From an uncultured Gemmataceae bacterium (GTDB lineage: Bacteria; Planctomycetota; Planctomycetia; Gemmatales; Gemmataceae), in assembly GCA_963750165.1 (NCBI GenBank), contig CAVVPN010000011.1, positions 1,376,001 to 1,440,000 on the forward strand: a DNA stretch of 64,000 bases. The letters are read 5' to 3'. The notes beneath the pieces were generated by a model that worked only from the letters and a program-made list of their open reading frames with translations, ran no database searches and had not been told where the DNA came from. Below are positions 1 to 9,061 of the stretch, piece after piece. The first letter of the stretch is position 1. Every line of letters starts with the position of its first letter. A program made the translations under genes and the position numbers.

Positions 1-300
1 CTGCACCACCGCGATCTGGTCAAGCCGCTGCTGGTCCGCACCCGCAAGGACCTCATCAAGAAGGAGCTGCCGGAGGAAAAGAAGGACAAGGGAAAAGCGA
101 AGGACAAGGGCAAGGCGATGGAGAAAGAAAAGGGCAAGGAGATGGGCTGGCTGTCCCCCGGGCCTGATCGGACGCCGCCGGTGGCGCGGCCCGTGCTGGT
201 CGGAGCCCGAGCGCCAGCGAGAGGCAAAGCAGGCCCCGCGCTGGCGCTCGGGCTCCGACCAGGAAATTCATGGCGCTTCGGGATTAGCGGGGAGCGCTAA
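1..300 (+). CDS. 3' end of a gene entering from the left; Lys/Glu-rich tail containing an in-frame palindromic element
   Basis: Frame 1 is open from base 1 (LHHRDLVKPLLVRTRKDLIKKELPEEKKDKGK...) to TAA at 298-300, with host-like codon usage. Confidence 0.6.
   Translation: MHHRDLVKPLLVRTRKDLIKKELPEEKKDKGKAKDKGKAMEKEKGKEMGWLSPGPDRTPPVARPVLVGARAPARGKAGPALALGLRPGNSWRFGISGER
196..262. repeat. REP-like palindrome, family A (GGAGCCCGAGCGCCAGCG...CGCTGGCGCTCGGGCTCC)
   Basis: Inverted repeat; the same arms recur at 24942-24989 and 60194-60251. Confidence 0.85.
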
Positions 301-330
301 GCCGCAAGCGGCAGAAAAGGGACACGAAGC

Positions 331-1932
331 GTGAAGCGCTGGCGTGGGGCCGCCCTGGTGCTGCTGGCGCTGCTGGTCGGTGCGCCGCTGCTGACGCCGC
401 TGTTGGAATGGCTGCGCGGCGGCGGACGGACGCTGTTTCTGCTGGGCAACACGCTGTTACTGGTCGCGGGCACTCTGGCCGAGGCGCTGCCGCTGGGCAT
501 CGCCGCGGCCGTGCTGCTTTATCGCACCGACCTGCCGGGCCGGCGCGCCCTGCGGCTGCTGGTGCTGGCGGCGCTGTTCGTGCCGCTGGCGGTGCTGACC
601 ACGGCCTGGCAGGCAGCGCTGGGCGGCGGCGGTCTGCTGGGGACGCTGTGGCCGAATGCCACGGGTCGGCCGTGGGCTTCGGGGCTGGCACCCGCGGTGT
701 GGATTCACGGCGTCGCGGCGCTGCCGTGGGTGGTGCTGATTGTCGGCCAGACGCTGTGCTGGGTCGAGCCCGAGCTGGAAGAGGACGCCTGGCAGGTGAT
801 GCCCGGCTGGCGCGTGCTGTGGCGCGTGACGCTGCCGCGCTGCCGGGCCGGCCTGGCCGCGGCGGCGCTGTGGGTGGCGCTGCAGACCGCTGGCGACATC
901 ACCGTCACGGATTTGATGCAGGTGCGCACCTTCGCGGAGGAGGTGTACCTGGAATTCTGGGCGGGCGGCGACGAGGCCCTGAGCCGCGGCGTCGGCCAGG
1001 CGGTGCCGGGCGTGGTGCTGACGGCGGCGCTGCTGCTGTGGGCGCTGCCGCGGCTGGAGCGGGCGCTGCCGCCGCTGCGGTCGCTGCGGGCGGAGCCGCG
1101 GTTGTTTCGCCTGGGCCGCTGGCGCTGGCCGGCGCTGGCGGCGCTGCTGGCGGCCCTGGCGCTGCTGGCGGGCGTGCCGGGGGCCAGCCTGGTCTGGAAA
1201 GCGGGGCTGTACGGGGCGCCGCCGCAGTGGTCGCTGGCTTACGCCGAGGATCAGGTGCTTCGCATCGCGGTTCGTGACGGCGTGCTGATCGTTCAGAGCG
1301 TCGGCTTCGCGGCGGTCAGTGGGGCGCTGGTGAGTCTGGCGGCGCTGCTGCTGTGCTGGCTGGCGCTGGACGGCGGCTGGTTCCGGCGGACGCTGCTGGT
1401 GGTGGTGGCGCTGGCGTGGGCGCTGCCCGGCCCGGTGGTCGGCGCCGGCCTGAAGGAAGCCATTCAGGTGCTGGCGACGGACACGCGGCTGCCGCCGCTG
1501 CGCGTGCTGCTCTACGATGGGCCATCGCCGCTGCCGGTGCTATGGGCGCACCTGTTACGGTTCTTGCCGTGCGCGGTCGCGGTGCTGTGGCCGGTGCTGC
1601 GGCTGCTGCCGCGCGACCTGCGCGACAGTGCCCGCCTGGACTGTCCGCGGCCGTGGGGGGAACTGCGCTACGTGGTGTGGCCGCTGGCGGCGCGGGCGTG
1701 CGCGGCGTGTGCGCTGGTGGTGATGGCGCTGTCGCTGGGCGAGATCGGTGCGGTGGCGATGCGCGTGGAGACGCCGGGCTGGGAGACGTTCGCGCACGTG
1801 CTGTGGGACCGCATGCACTACGGCCAACCGCAGGACGTGGCGGGGTTGTGCCTGGTGCTGCTGGCGGTGCTGGCGGCCGCGGCGGCGGGGGTGATCGCGG
1901 TGCCATTGCTCAAACGACTCCTCCCCCGGTAG
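331..1932 (+). CDS. ABC transporter permease, Fe(III)/thiamine (FbpB-like) type with two permease halves
   Basis: 533 aa, highly hydrophobic, two EAA-like loops (ELEEDAW..., DLRDSARLD...). Confidence 0.8.
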   Translation: MKRWRGAALVLLALLVGAPLLTPLLEWLRGGGRTLFLLGNTLLLVAGTLAEALPLGIAAAVLLYRTDLPGRRALRLLVLAALFVPLAVLTTAWQAALGGGGLLGTLWPNATGRPWASGLAPAVWIHGVAALPWVVLIVGQTLCWVEPELEEDAWQVMPGWRVLWRVTLPRCRAGLAAAALWVALQTAGDITVTDLMQVRTFAEEVYLEFWAGGDEALSRGVGQAVPGVVLTAALLLWALPRLERALPPLRSLRAEPRLFRLGRWRWPALAALLAALALLAGVPGASLVWKAGLYGAPPQWSLAYAEDQVLRIAVRDGVLIVQSVGFAAVSGALVSLAALLLCWLALDGGWFRRTLLVVVALAWALPGPVVGAGLKEAIQVLATDTRLPPLRVLLYDGPSPLPVLWAHLLRFLPCAVAVLWPVLRLLPRDLRDSARLDCPRPWGELRYVVWPLAARACAACALVVMALSLGEIGAVAMRVETPGWETFAHVLWDRMHYGQPQDVAGLCLVLLAVLAAAAAGVIAVPLLKRLLPR

Positions 1933-1979
1933 ACTGCTCACAGTTACACCCCTTCCGACTCGTAAACGAGGCGACGCCA

Positions 1980-2708
1980 ATGCCCTTGCTCGATCACTTT
2001 CACCCGCCGCTGAGCGTCGAACGCCACTGGGAGTCGTTTCACGCCGCCTGGTGCGGTTCTCTGGCGGACGAATTGAATCGGTTGCTGCCGGACAATTACT
2101 TCGCTGAGGAACAACCCCACTCGGGCCCAAGCGTGGAGATTGCTGTCGCCACCTTCGAGCGGCAGACCGCTTCCCCCGCCTCACAGAACGGCGGCGCACC
2201 AACCACATTGACGGCCGCGATGTGGGCACCTCCCGCGCCTGCGTTTTCCGTGGCCGCCGTCTTCGCGGACGATTTCGAGGTCCGCGTGTTCAACACCCGC
2301 ACCGGGCCGCGCCTGGTGGCCGCCATCGAGATGGTGAGTCCCAGGAACAAGGACCGCCCCGAGAGCCGCCCCGCCTTCGTCCACAAGTGCGCCAGTTACC
2401 TGTATCAAGGCATCAGCTTGATTTTGGTGGATGTCGTCACGGATCGCCACGCCCAGTTCCACAACGACCTGCTCCGCGAGATCAACGCTGCGGCAGAACT
2501 GCTGCAACCACCGGAGGTGCGCTTGTACGCAGCCGCCTATCATCCCGTGCGCCGCGGTCAGCGCGAGGAAATTGACGTTTGGCCCGCCGCCCTGGCGCTG
2601 GGGGCGCCGCTGCCCGTGCTCCCCCTGGCTCTGAACGCGGACCTGGTTTTGCCGGTGGACCTGGAGGCCACCTACGCCCACGCCTGCCGCCGCCGCCGCA
2701 TTGCTTGA
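1980..2708 (+). CDS. DUF4058 family protein (PD-(D/E)XK-like fold)
   Basis: MPLLDHFHPPL..WESFH start and LVAAIEMVSPRNKDRP motif typical of planctomycete DUF4058. Confidence 0.85.
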   Translation: MPLLDHFHPPLSVERHWESFHAAWCGSLADELNRLLPDNYFAEEQPHSGPSVEIAVATFERQTASPASQNGGAPTTLTAAMWAPPAPAFSVAAVFADDFEVRVFNTRTGPRLVAAIEMVSPRNKDRPESRPAFVHKCASYLYQGISLILVDVVTDRHAQFHNDLLREINAAAELLQPPEVRLYAAAYHPVRRGQREEIDVWPAALALGAPLPVLPLALNADLVLPVDLEATYAHACRRRRIA

Positions 2709-2753
2709 ACGATGGACACTCGGCCTTCACCGTGGGCGGCCAGGAAGGAATCC

Positions 2754-3779
2754 ATGATCCCCGGCATCGACCCCAAGATTGACTACGCCTTCAAGCGCAT
2801 CTTCGGCCTGAAGCGCAACAGCGCCATCCTGATCCACCTGCTCAACGCCGTCCTGCAACCGCAGCACGACGCACTGGTGACGGAGGTCGAATTGCTCAAC
2901 CCGTTCAACGAGAAGGAGACCACGTCCGACAAGCTCTCCATCGTCGATCTGCGGGCCCGCGACCAGACCGGCCGGCAGTTCAACGTCGAGATGCAGATGC
3001 TCGCGCCCCCGACGTTCCCCGACCGCGCCCTGTACTACTGGAGCCGCGCGCACGCGACGCAGCTGCTGGAGAAGATGACCTACGAACACCTGCGCCCGAC
3101 CATCTCGATCTGTTTCGTCAACCACCAACTCTTTCGCGAAGTGCCGGAGTACCACCTGCGGTTTCGGGTGCGGGAAGAGCGGCACCCGACCGTCCTGCTC
3201 TCGGAACACCTGGAAATTCACCTGCTGGAATTGCCCAAATTCGCGTTGTCCGAAGAGGGCTTGCACACCCCCCTGGATCAGTGGTTATACTTCCTGCGGC
3301 ACGCCGAACAACTGGACAGCGACCGGCTGCCCGCAACCTTGCAGGTGCCGGAGATTCGCAGGGCCCTTGAGGAGTTGATCATGGTGACGCAAAGCGAACG
3401 GGACCGTGCCTACTACGAGGAACGCTTCAAGGCGGAGATGGACGCCCGCTCTCTGGCCGCCTACGTCGAAGGTGCAGAGCAAAGGGGGCTTGAAAAAGGG
3501 CTTGAAAAAGGGCTCGAAAAAGGGCTCGAAAAAGGGTTCGAAAAAGGGCTCGAAAAAGGGCTTGAAAAAGGGCTTGAAAAAGGGCTTGAAAAAGGGCTTG
3601 AAAAAGGGCTTGAAAAAGGGGAGTTGACCGGCCACATTCGGCTGTGCCAAAGAATGCTGCAGCAGCCCCAAACGCCCAGGGAACAATTGCTGGCCTTGCC
3701 GGTGGAGGAGCTGCGGCGCCTGATCGATCTCCTGGAGCAACAGCTGGCCGCGAGTTCGCGGCCGCCCGCGCAACCGTGA
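2754..3779 (+). CDS. Rpn family recombination-promoting nuclease / PD-(D/E)XK putative transposase
   Basis: DPKIDYAFKRIFG, DLRARD...FNVEMQ, RALYYW, LELPKF motifs; SD AGGAAGGA before ATG 2754. Confidence 0.92.
   Translation: MIPGIDPKIDYAFKRIFGLKRNSAILIHLLNAVLQPQHDALVTEVELLNPFNEKETTSDKLSIVDLRARDQTGRQFNVEMQMLAPPTFPDRALYYWSRAHATQLLEKMTYEHLRPTISICFVNHQLFREVPEYHLRFRVREERHPTVLLSEHLEIHLLELPKFALSEEGLHTPLDQWLYFLRHAEQLDSDRLPATLQVPEIRRALEELIMVTQSERDRAYYEERFKAEMDARSLAAYVEGAEQRGLEKGLEKGLEKGLEKGFEKGLEKGLEKGLEKGLEKGLEKGLEKGELTGHIRLCQRMLQQPQTPREQLLALPVEELRRLIDLLEQQLAASSRPPAQP
3486..3617 (+). repeat. 12-bp tandem repeat x11 encoding (GLEK)n in the Rpn C-terminal region
   Basis: GGGCT(T/C)GAAAAA units counted from the sequence; one unit reads GFEK. 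Confidence 0.95.
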
Positions 3780-3814
3780 CGCCTGACTCGACCTTCTCAC
3801 GAGGGAGTTCGCTG

Positions 3815-4178
3815 ATGATCCTGTTGGAAGTCATGCGGCGTATTGTGCAAGAAGAGGATCGGTTCCGGGCAGTGAGGGACGCCTACAACGAGGGCATCTG
3901 GGCCGAACGAGCTGCACAAACAATCCGCGCAGCCGAGCAACAGATCCTTGAGGCGTAGCGAAAAATACGCGACCTGGAGCAACTCAAACAGGCGCGCAAG
4001 CGCCCTTGAAGAAGGTTACTGGTTCGGCCGCATTCAACTGTGTCAAAAACTGCTCCAGCAACCTCAGACTCCCCGAGAACAATTGCTTGCCTTGCCAATG
4101 GCTGATTTGCAGCGCCTGGCAGACCTCCTGGAACAACAGGTTGCCGCCACATTACGGCTGCCCACAGGAAAGGGTTGA
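3815..4178 (+). pseudogene. Stand-alone, interrupted paralogue of the Rpn C-terminal domain (RpnS-like)
   Basis: SD GAGGGAG and ATG 3815; TAG at 3956-3958 and a frameshift near 3990; distal GRIQLCQKLLQQPQTPREQLLALP...DLLEQQ closely matches Rpn GHIRLCQRMLQQPQTPREQLLALP...DLLEQQ. Confidence 0.75.
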
Positions 4179-4303
4179 CGGCAAGAACCACCTGTCCATC
4201 CGCCGCCCCTGCCCAGCGCCGGCGCGATCTGCTATCCTGACCAGGAAGCGATCCCCGAAGCAATGTCCCGGCGGCCGGCCGGCGTTAACCCCGCAGGTGG
4301 TGC

Positions 4304-6388
4304 ATGGCGCTCGACCTCTATTCCTCCTGTCCGTGCGGCAGCGGCAAGAAATTCAAATGGTGCTGTCAGCCCATTCACGCCGAGCTCGAAAAAGCCTTTG
4401 AGCAGGACGCCAGCGGCCAGCACGAGGTCGCCCTGCAGACCATGGAAGAAGTGGTCAAGGCCCACCCCGACAACCCTGAAGCCTGGGGCCGCAAGGCCCA
4501 GCTCCTCTATCAAATGGAGCGCTTCGAGGAGGCCGAGGCCGCCCTGGAAAAAGCCTTCGAGGTCAGCCCGAATTACCCCTTCGGCTATTACCTGCGCGGC
4601 CGCTTCCGTCACCTGGAGGGCGAGTTGCCCGGGGCGCTGCTGCTGTTCCGCAAGGCCGTCGAACTGTACTCGCCCGAGGCCCACGACATTCTGGCGCAGG
4701 TCTTCGCGCTGATCGCCGAGTGTGAACTGAAGCTGAACCGGCCCGTGGCGGCGCGGGCGGCGCTGCAGCAGGCCATCCGCCACGCGCCGACCAGTCCCGA
4801 CTACCCCGCCGCCCTTCACGATGTCTTCGGTCCCGAGGGCCGCCTGCCGGAGTCCGCCCGCCGCGAATACACCTACCAGAGTACCGCCGCCCTGCAGCGC
4901 AAGGGCGAATGGGAACGCGCCCTGGCCACTGCCGCCACCGGCAAGCTCGGCGACGCCGCAAAGGCGTTCGAGCAGCTGACCGCCGCGGACGAGGGCGACG
5001 CCGCCGCCTGGTACAACCTCGGCCTGACGCCGCGCCTGGCTCGGCGACAACGGCCACGCCCTCGAAGCCCTGGACCGCTACGTGCAGCTGGACGCCGACG
5101 AGGATCGCGCCGCGACGGCGTGGGCGCTCGGCCAGGTGCTGCGGCTCGGCACCGGTATGGAGGACCAGTCCGATTACGTCGAGTACGTGGCCCGGCTGCC
5201 GATGCGTCAGCCGCAACAGGCCGTCAACGTCCTGGGCGAATTCGAGCGCGACCACCGCCTCATGGGGACGCAGATACGCCAGGAAGAGGGCGTTCTCACG
5301 TCGCTGTTTCTGGAGAAGGTGACCGGCCTGACGCTGGACGCGCCCGCGACGCAGATGCCGCGGCTGGGGGCGCACCTGCTGGTGATGCAGAACGTCTTCC
5401 ACCTGTGGTCCACCAGCCGTGAGGGGCTCGACCGGATCGTGGACGAACTGCGGCAGCGCGCCGGCCCGGCGCTGGGCGAGCCGCACCGCGGCCGGGTGCC
5501 CGCCAACTTCCTCGACGTGGTCTCCGACGCCCTGGCCTTCCCGCTCAACGCCACCAGCCAGGAAGACGCCAGGCAGCGCATGATCGAGCACATGGGCCGT
5601 TACTACGAGGAGACGTGGATTCATCAGCCGCTGCTCGCGCTCAACCGTGTGCCGCCGGTGGACGCCGCCGGTCACGGGCCGCTGCGCAAAAAGCTCCGTG
5701 GCGTCATCCAGTTCTTGCAGGAGTGCGCCAAACTGGCGGCCTACGACTACGACTTTGACCGGCTGCGGCGCAAGCTCGGAGTGCTGGCCGGCGTCCCCGC
5801 GGCCCAGGCCGCCCCAGGCGGCGCGGCGGACTTCGGCGCCATCAGCGCCGCGGAGCTGGCCGGCGTGGCGGTCGAGCCGCTCAGCGACGCCCAGTTGGAG
5901 GAGGCGTTCCAGGCGGCGCTGAAGCTGGACGCCCAGGATTTGGCGGGCAAGTTCGCGAAGGGGCTGGTCGGCCGGCCGGCGGCGGCGGAGCGGCCGGATC
6001 GCTACCGCTGGTTCGCACACCTGGTGCAGCAGGCGGCTAGCGCCGGCGACTACGCCGCGGCGCTGGACTTCCTCAACGAGGGGGAGAAGGATGACTGCGA
6101 GCACAACGAGGGCCGGCGGCGCAACGACTACGAACTGCGCCGCGCCCAGTTGCACGCCAAAAGCGGCGACCTCGACGCGGCCCAGGGCGCCTTCGAGAAG
6201 CTGATCGAGCGGGCGCCGGCGGAACTGCGCTACCGCAGCACGGCGGCGGAGACGATGCTGTCGGCCCGTCAGGGGCGCGGGCCAAACGCTTCGCGGAGGA
6301 CGGCCTGGCCCAGGCTCGACGGCAGAACAACCGCGATTCGGAGGAGCACTTCAAGGAACTGGTGGCGGCGGCGCAGCGGCACCTCTAA
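4304..6388 (+). CDS. SEC-C motif / TPR protein (two apparent frameshifts, ~5028 and ~6272)
   Basis: N-terminal CPCGSGKKFKWCC; TPR helices; ORFs 4304..5422 and 5082..6413 join, and a third frame ends at TAA 6386-6388. Confidence 0.8.
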
Positions 6389-6496
6389 TTGCGGATTGCG
6401 GACGCGTTCGTAGTACCGGCTTTAGCCGGAACCGGATACCCAGATTCCCCCTGAAGGCGGGACTACGAACCTGTTTTCAATCTGCAATCTGCAATT
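6387..6496. repeat. Nested element: heptamer inverted repeats (ATTGCGG/CTGCAAT) enclosing a GTAG-type REP doublet (6406-6470)
   Basis: AATTGCGGATTGCGGA ... GTTCGTAGT..ACTACGAAC ... TCTGCAATCTGCAATT. Confidence 0.7.
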
Positions 6497-6692
6497 CAAA
6501 AAGGTTCCCGGCGGCTGGGGCAACGGCCGTGGACCCACGAGGCCCACCACCGTCGCGTTGGAAGGGGAGCAACGGAGGCCAGTCGCCGGGGAACCTGATG
6601 GCTCCCGGCAGGCCCCGTCGCCGCGTGCGCGTTCCCGGATCAATTGCTGGCAGAACGGCACTGGCGACGGGGTCTGCCGGGGCGGGGCGGCG

Positions 6693-7172
6693 TCACGGAG
6701 TCGCCCCAGTGACCGCAGCCACGGGCTCTGGTGGCGTCATGGCCCGGGTCGGCTCGCGCACGGTCAGCACCGGGCACGGCGCTTGCCGCAGCACCCACTC
6801 GGCCACGCTGCCCATGAGCAATCGCGGCAGGCCGCTGCGGCCGTGCGTGCCCATCACGATCAGGTCGGCCCGTTCTTCCTGGGCCATGCGCACGATCTCC
6901 ACGACCGGCTCGCCCTTGAGCAGGAACCGTTCGACGCAGACCAAGCCTGCGGGCTCCATGTCATTGAGCTTGTTCCACAGCGCGGTGGGCTCATCGGGCA
7001 GGTCAGGGATCACGACGCCCATCTCGCTGGCCACGACCGGCGGCGGCTGCATGACGTGGACCAACACCAGCCGGGCGTTATAGTCATGGGCCAGCGCTTC
7101 TGCCGTCCGCCGGGCGTGCTCCGCCTGGGGCGAGAAGTCCGTCGGATGCAGAATGGTGTGAAGAGGAAACAT
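6693..7172 (-). CDS. Universal stress protein (UspA family)
   Basis: ILHPTDFS, DLIVMGTHGRSG, LMGSVAE..LRQAPCPVL motifs. Confidence 0.95.
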   Translation of the reverse strand: MFPLHTILHPTDFSPQAEHARRTAEALAHDYNARLVLVHVMQPPPVVASEMGVVIPDLPDEPTALWNKLNDMEPAGLVCVERFLLKGEPVVEIVRMAQEERADLIVMGTHGRSGLPRLLMGSVAEWVLRQAPCPVLTVREPTRAMTPPEPVAAVTGATP

Positions 7173-7438
7173 GGCGGCACCTCCGAACCTGAACCAGGCA
7201 CTAGCGGTTCTCCGGGAACGCACAAGGGGCCGTTCGCAGGTTCGACGAATCGGTCGAGCGGTGTTCCGCCAGGGAGTATGGCAAGCGCGGTGCCGTTGCG
7301 CTGCGGCGGCGGCGCTTTTTTCGCAACTGTCGAGGGAATAAGTGGTTGATGGCGGAGATGTGTTACAGACGGCCCCGGCGCGGCTGGGCCGGCTCCGCAC
7401 ACCGGGAACCGCGCAGTGTGCGGGCCTGGCCCTCTTCC

Positions 7439-7466
7439 GTGGGGCAGGCTGGAAAGTCTGCCCCAC
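7439..7466. terminator. GTGG-type palindromic hairpin downstream of folK-SDR; REP-like, possible terminator
   Basis: GTGGGGCAGGC-TGGAAA-GTCTGCCCCAC, 10 nt past the stop; no clear U-tract. Confidence 0.45.
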
Positions 7467-7476
7467 ATGACCAGGC

Positions 7477-8820
7477 TCAGCGCACCACGCCGCCGTTGAC
7501 GCGCAGCACCTGGCCGGTGACGAACGCCGCCGCCGGCGACACCAACCAGCGCACCGCGGCGGCCACGTCCTCCGGTTCGCCCCAGCGCTCCAGCGGTGTC
7601 TCGCTGACGACACGGTTCTGCCAACCCTCGGAGGCGTTCTCACCCCAGGCGGTCTTGATCCAGCCGGGCGCCACGCAGTTGACGCGCACGTCCGGCGCCA
7701 GTTCCAGCGCCAGGCACTTCGAGAACGCCATCACCGCCCCCTTGGTCGCCGCGAACAGCTGCGGACTGTCGCCGGCCATGCCGCAGTCCGCCTTGTCCCA
7801 GCCCATGTTGATGATGACGCCCGAGCCGTGCTCGCGCATGCGCCGGCCGATGTCGCGCGACATCAGCAGCGTCGCCACCACGTCCACTTCCAGCAGTTCG
7901 CGCAGCTTGTGGGCGAACGGCCAGTCGGCGGCCTCGCCGGTCAGCACGTCGGCGCCGGCGTTGTTGACCCAGATGTCGATGGGGCCCCACTCGTCCCAGG
8001 AGTCGCGGACCAGGTGGCGGCACTCCTCCAGCTGCATCAGGTCGTGCAGTTTGACCTGGCAGTTGACACCCAGCGCCCCGACCTCCTTGGCGACCTGCTC
8101 CGCCGCCGCCGTGCGCCGGCCGTGAATGATGACGTCCGCCCCCGCCGCGGCCAGCTCCAGCGCGATCGCCCGACCGATGCCGCCCGTCGAGCCGGTCACC
8201 AGCGCCTTCAGCCCCGCCAGTTCCTTGCCCGTGACCACCGCTCGCGGCCGCGCTGCCGGCCGGCTCCGGGGTGCGGCGCCTGCCTCGTCCTCGTCGCCCT
8301 CCTCGTCCTCATCCTCGTCCTCGTCCTCGTCTTCGCTACCATCCTCCTCCTCGTCGGGGTCGTAGTCCTCCCACAGCTGGCCGATGGTGACGCCGAGGCC
8401 GGGGTGAACGGTGCTGGGCGCGATCTCGGCGAACGGCTCCAGCACGAAGCCGCGCGTGTGCATGCGCGGGTGCGGCACCGTCAGTGTCTCCGTCTCGATG
8501 ACCCTGTCGCCGTAAAGCAGGATGTCGAGGTCGATGGTGCGTGGGGCGTAGCGTTCGCGGCGGACGCGGCCGAGTTTCTGCTCGATCTCCAGCAGGACAG
8601 CGAGCAGTTCCTCGGGCGGCAGGTCGGTCTCGACCTCGGCGACGGCGTTGAGATACGGATCCTGGTTGGGCGGCCCGCCGACGGGCTCGGTTTCGTAGAA
8701 GGAGGACACCTGCGTCAGTTCGATGCGCGGGTGCTCCTGGATGGCCTCCAGGGCCTGATCGAGATTGGCCTGGCGGTCGCCCAGGTTGCTGCCCAGGGCG
8801 AGAAAGGCGGTGACACGCAT
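7477..8820 (-). CDS. folK: FolK (6-hydroxymethyl-7,8-dihydropterin pyrophosphokinase) fused through an acidic linker to an atypical SDR oxidoreductase
   Basis: ALGSNLG, YLNAV, PRTIDLDILLY, PHPRMHTRGFVLEP; then TGSTGGIG, NNAG, VNCVAPGWI, VNGG. Confidence 0.9.
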   Translation of the reverse strand: MRVTAFLALGSNLGDRQANLDQALEAIQEHPRIELTQVSSFYETEPVGGPPNQDPYLNAVAEVETDLPPEELLAVLLEIEQKLGRVRRERYAPRTIDLDILLYGDRVIETETLTVPHPRMHTRGFVLEPFAEIAPSTVHPGLGVTIGQLWEDYDPDEEEDGSEDEDEDEDEDEEGDEDEAGAAPRSRPAARPRAVVTGKELAGLKALVTGSTGGIGRAIALELAAAGADVIIHGRRTAAAEQVAKEVGALGVNCQVKLHDLMQLEECRHLVRDSWDEWGPIDIWVNNAGADVLTGEAADWPFAHKLRELLEVDVVATLLMSRDIGRRMREHGSGVIINMGWDKADCGMAGDSPQLFAATKGAVMAFSKCLALELAPDVRVNCVAPGWIKTAWGENASEGWQNRVVSETPLERWGEPEDVAAAVRWLVSPAAAFVTGQVLRVNGGVVR

Positions 8821-8831
8821 GGGTGGTTCCC

Positions 8832-8951
8832 GTCATTGGTCATTAGCCATTAGTCATTAGTCATTAGTCAGTCTGTCGTTCGTCAGGGGCCTGCTGGCAA
8901 GTTGAGCGCCGAGCCATCGCTCCTAATGACCAAGGACTAATGACTAATGAC
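8832..8951. repeat. Inverted arrays of heptamer GTCATTA/TAATGAC upstream of folK
   Basis: About five left units and four right units in opposite orientation. Confidence 0.85.
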
Positions 8952-9061
8952 TTCGTCATTATCGGAAGCCGCGTACCCGGGACAAGCGCTAATTCCTTGC
9001 CGCCACCGGGTCGCGGCCGTTATACTCGCCTCTGCCCACCCCCGGACCCCAGGAGAGCGCC

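Noticed and set aside
3486..3617. Tandem repeat as a possible CRISPR array
   Set aside because: No spacers; 12-bp in-frame coding repeat; no cas genes in the window
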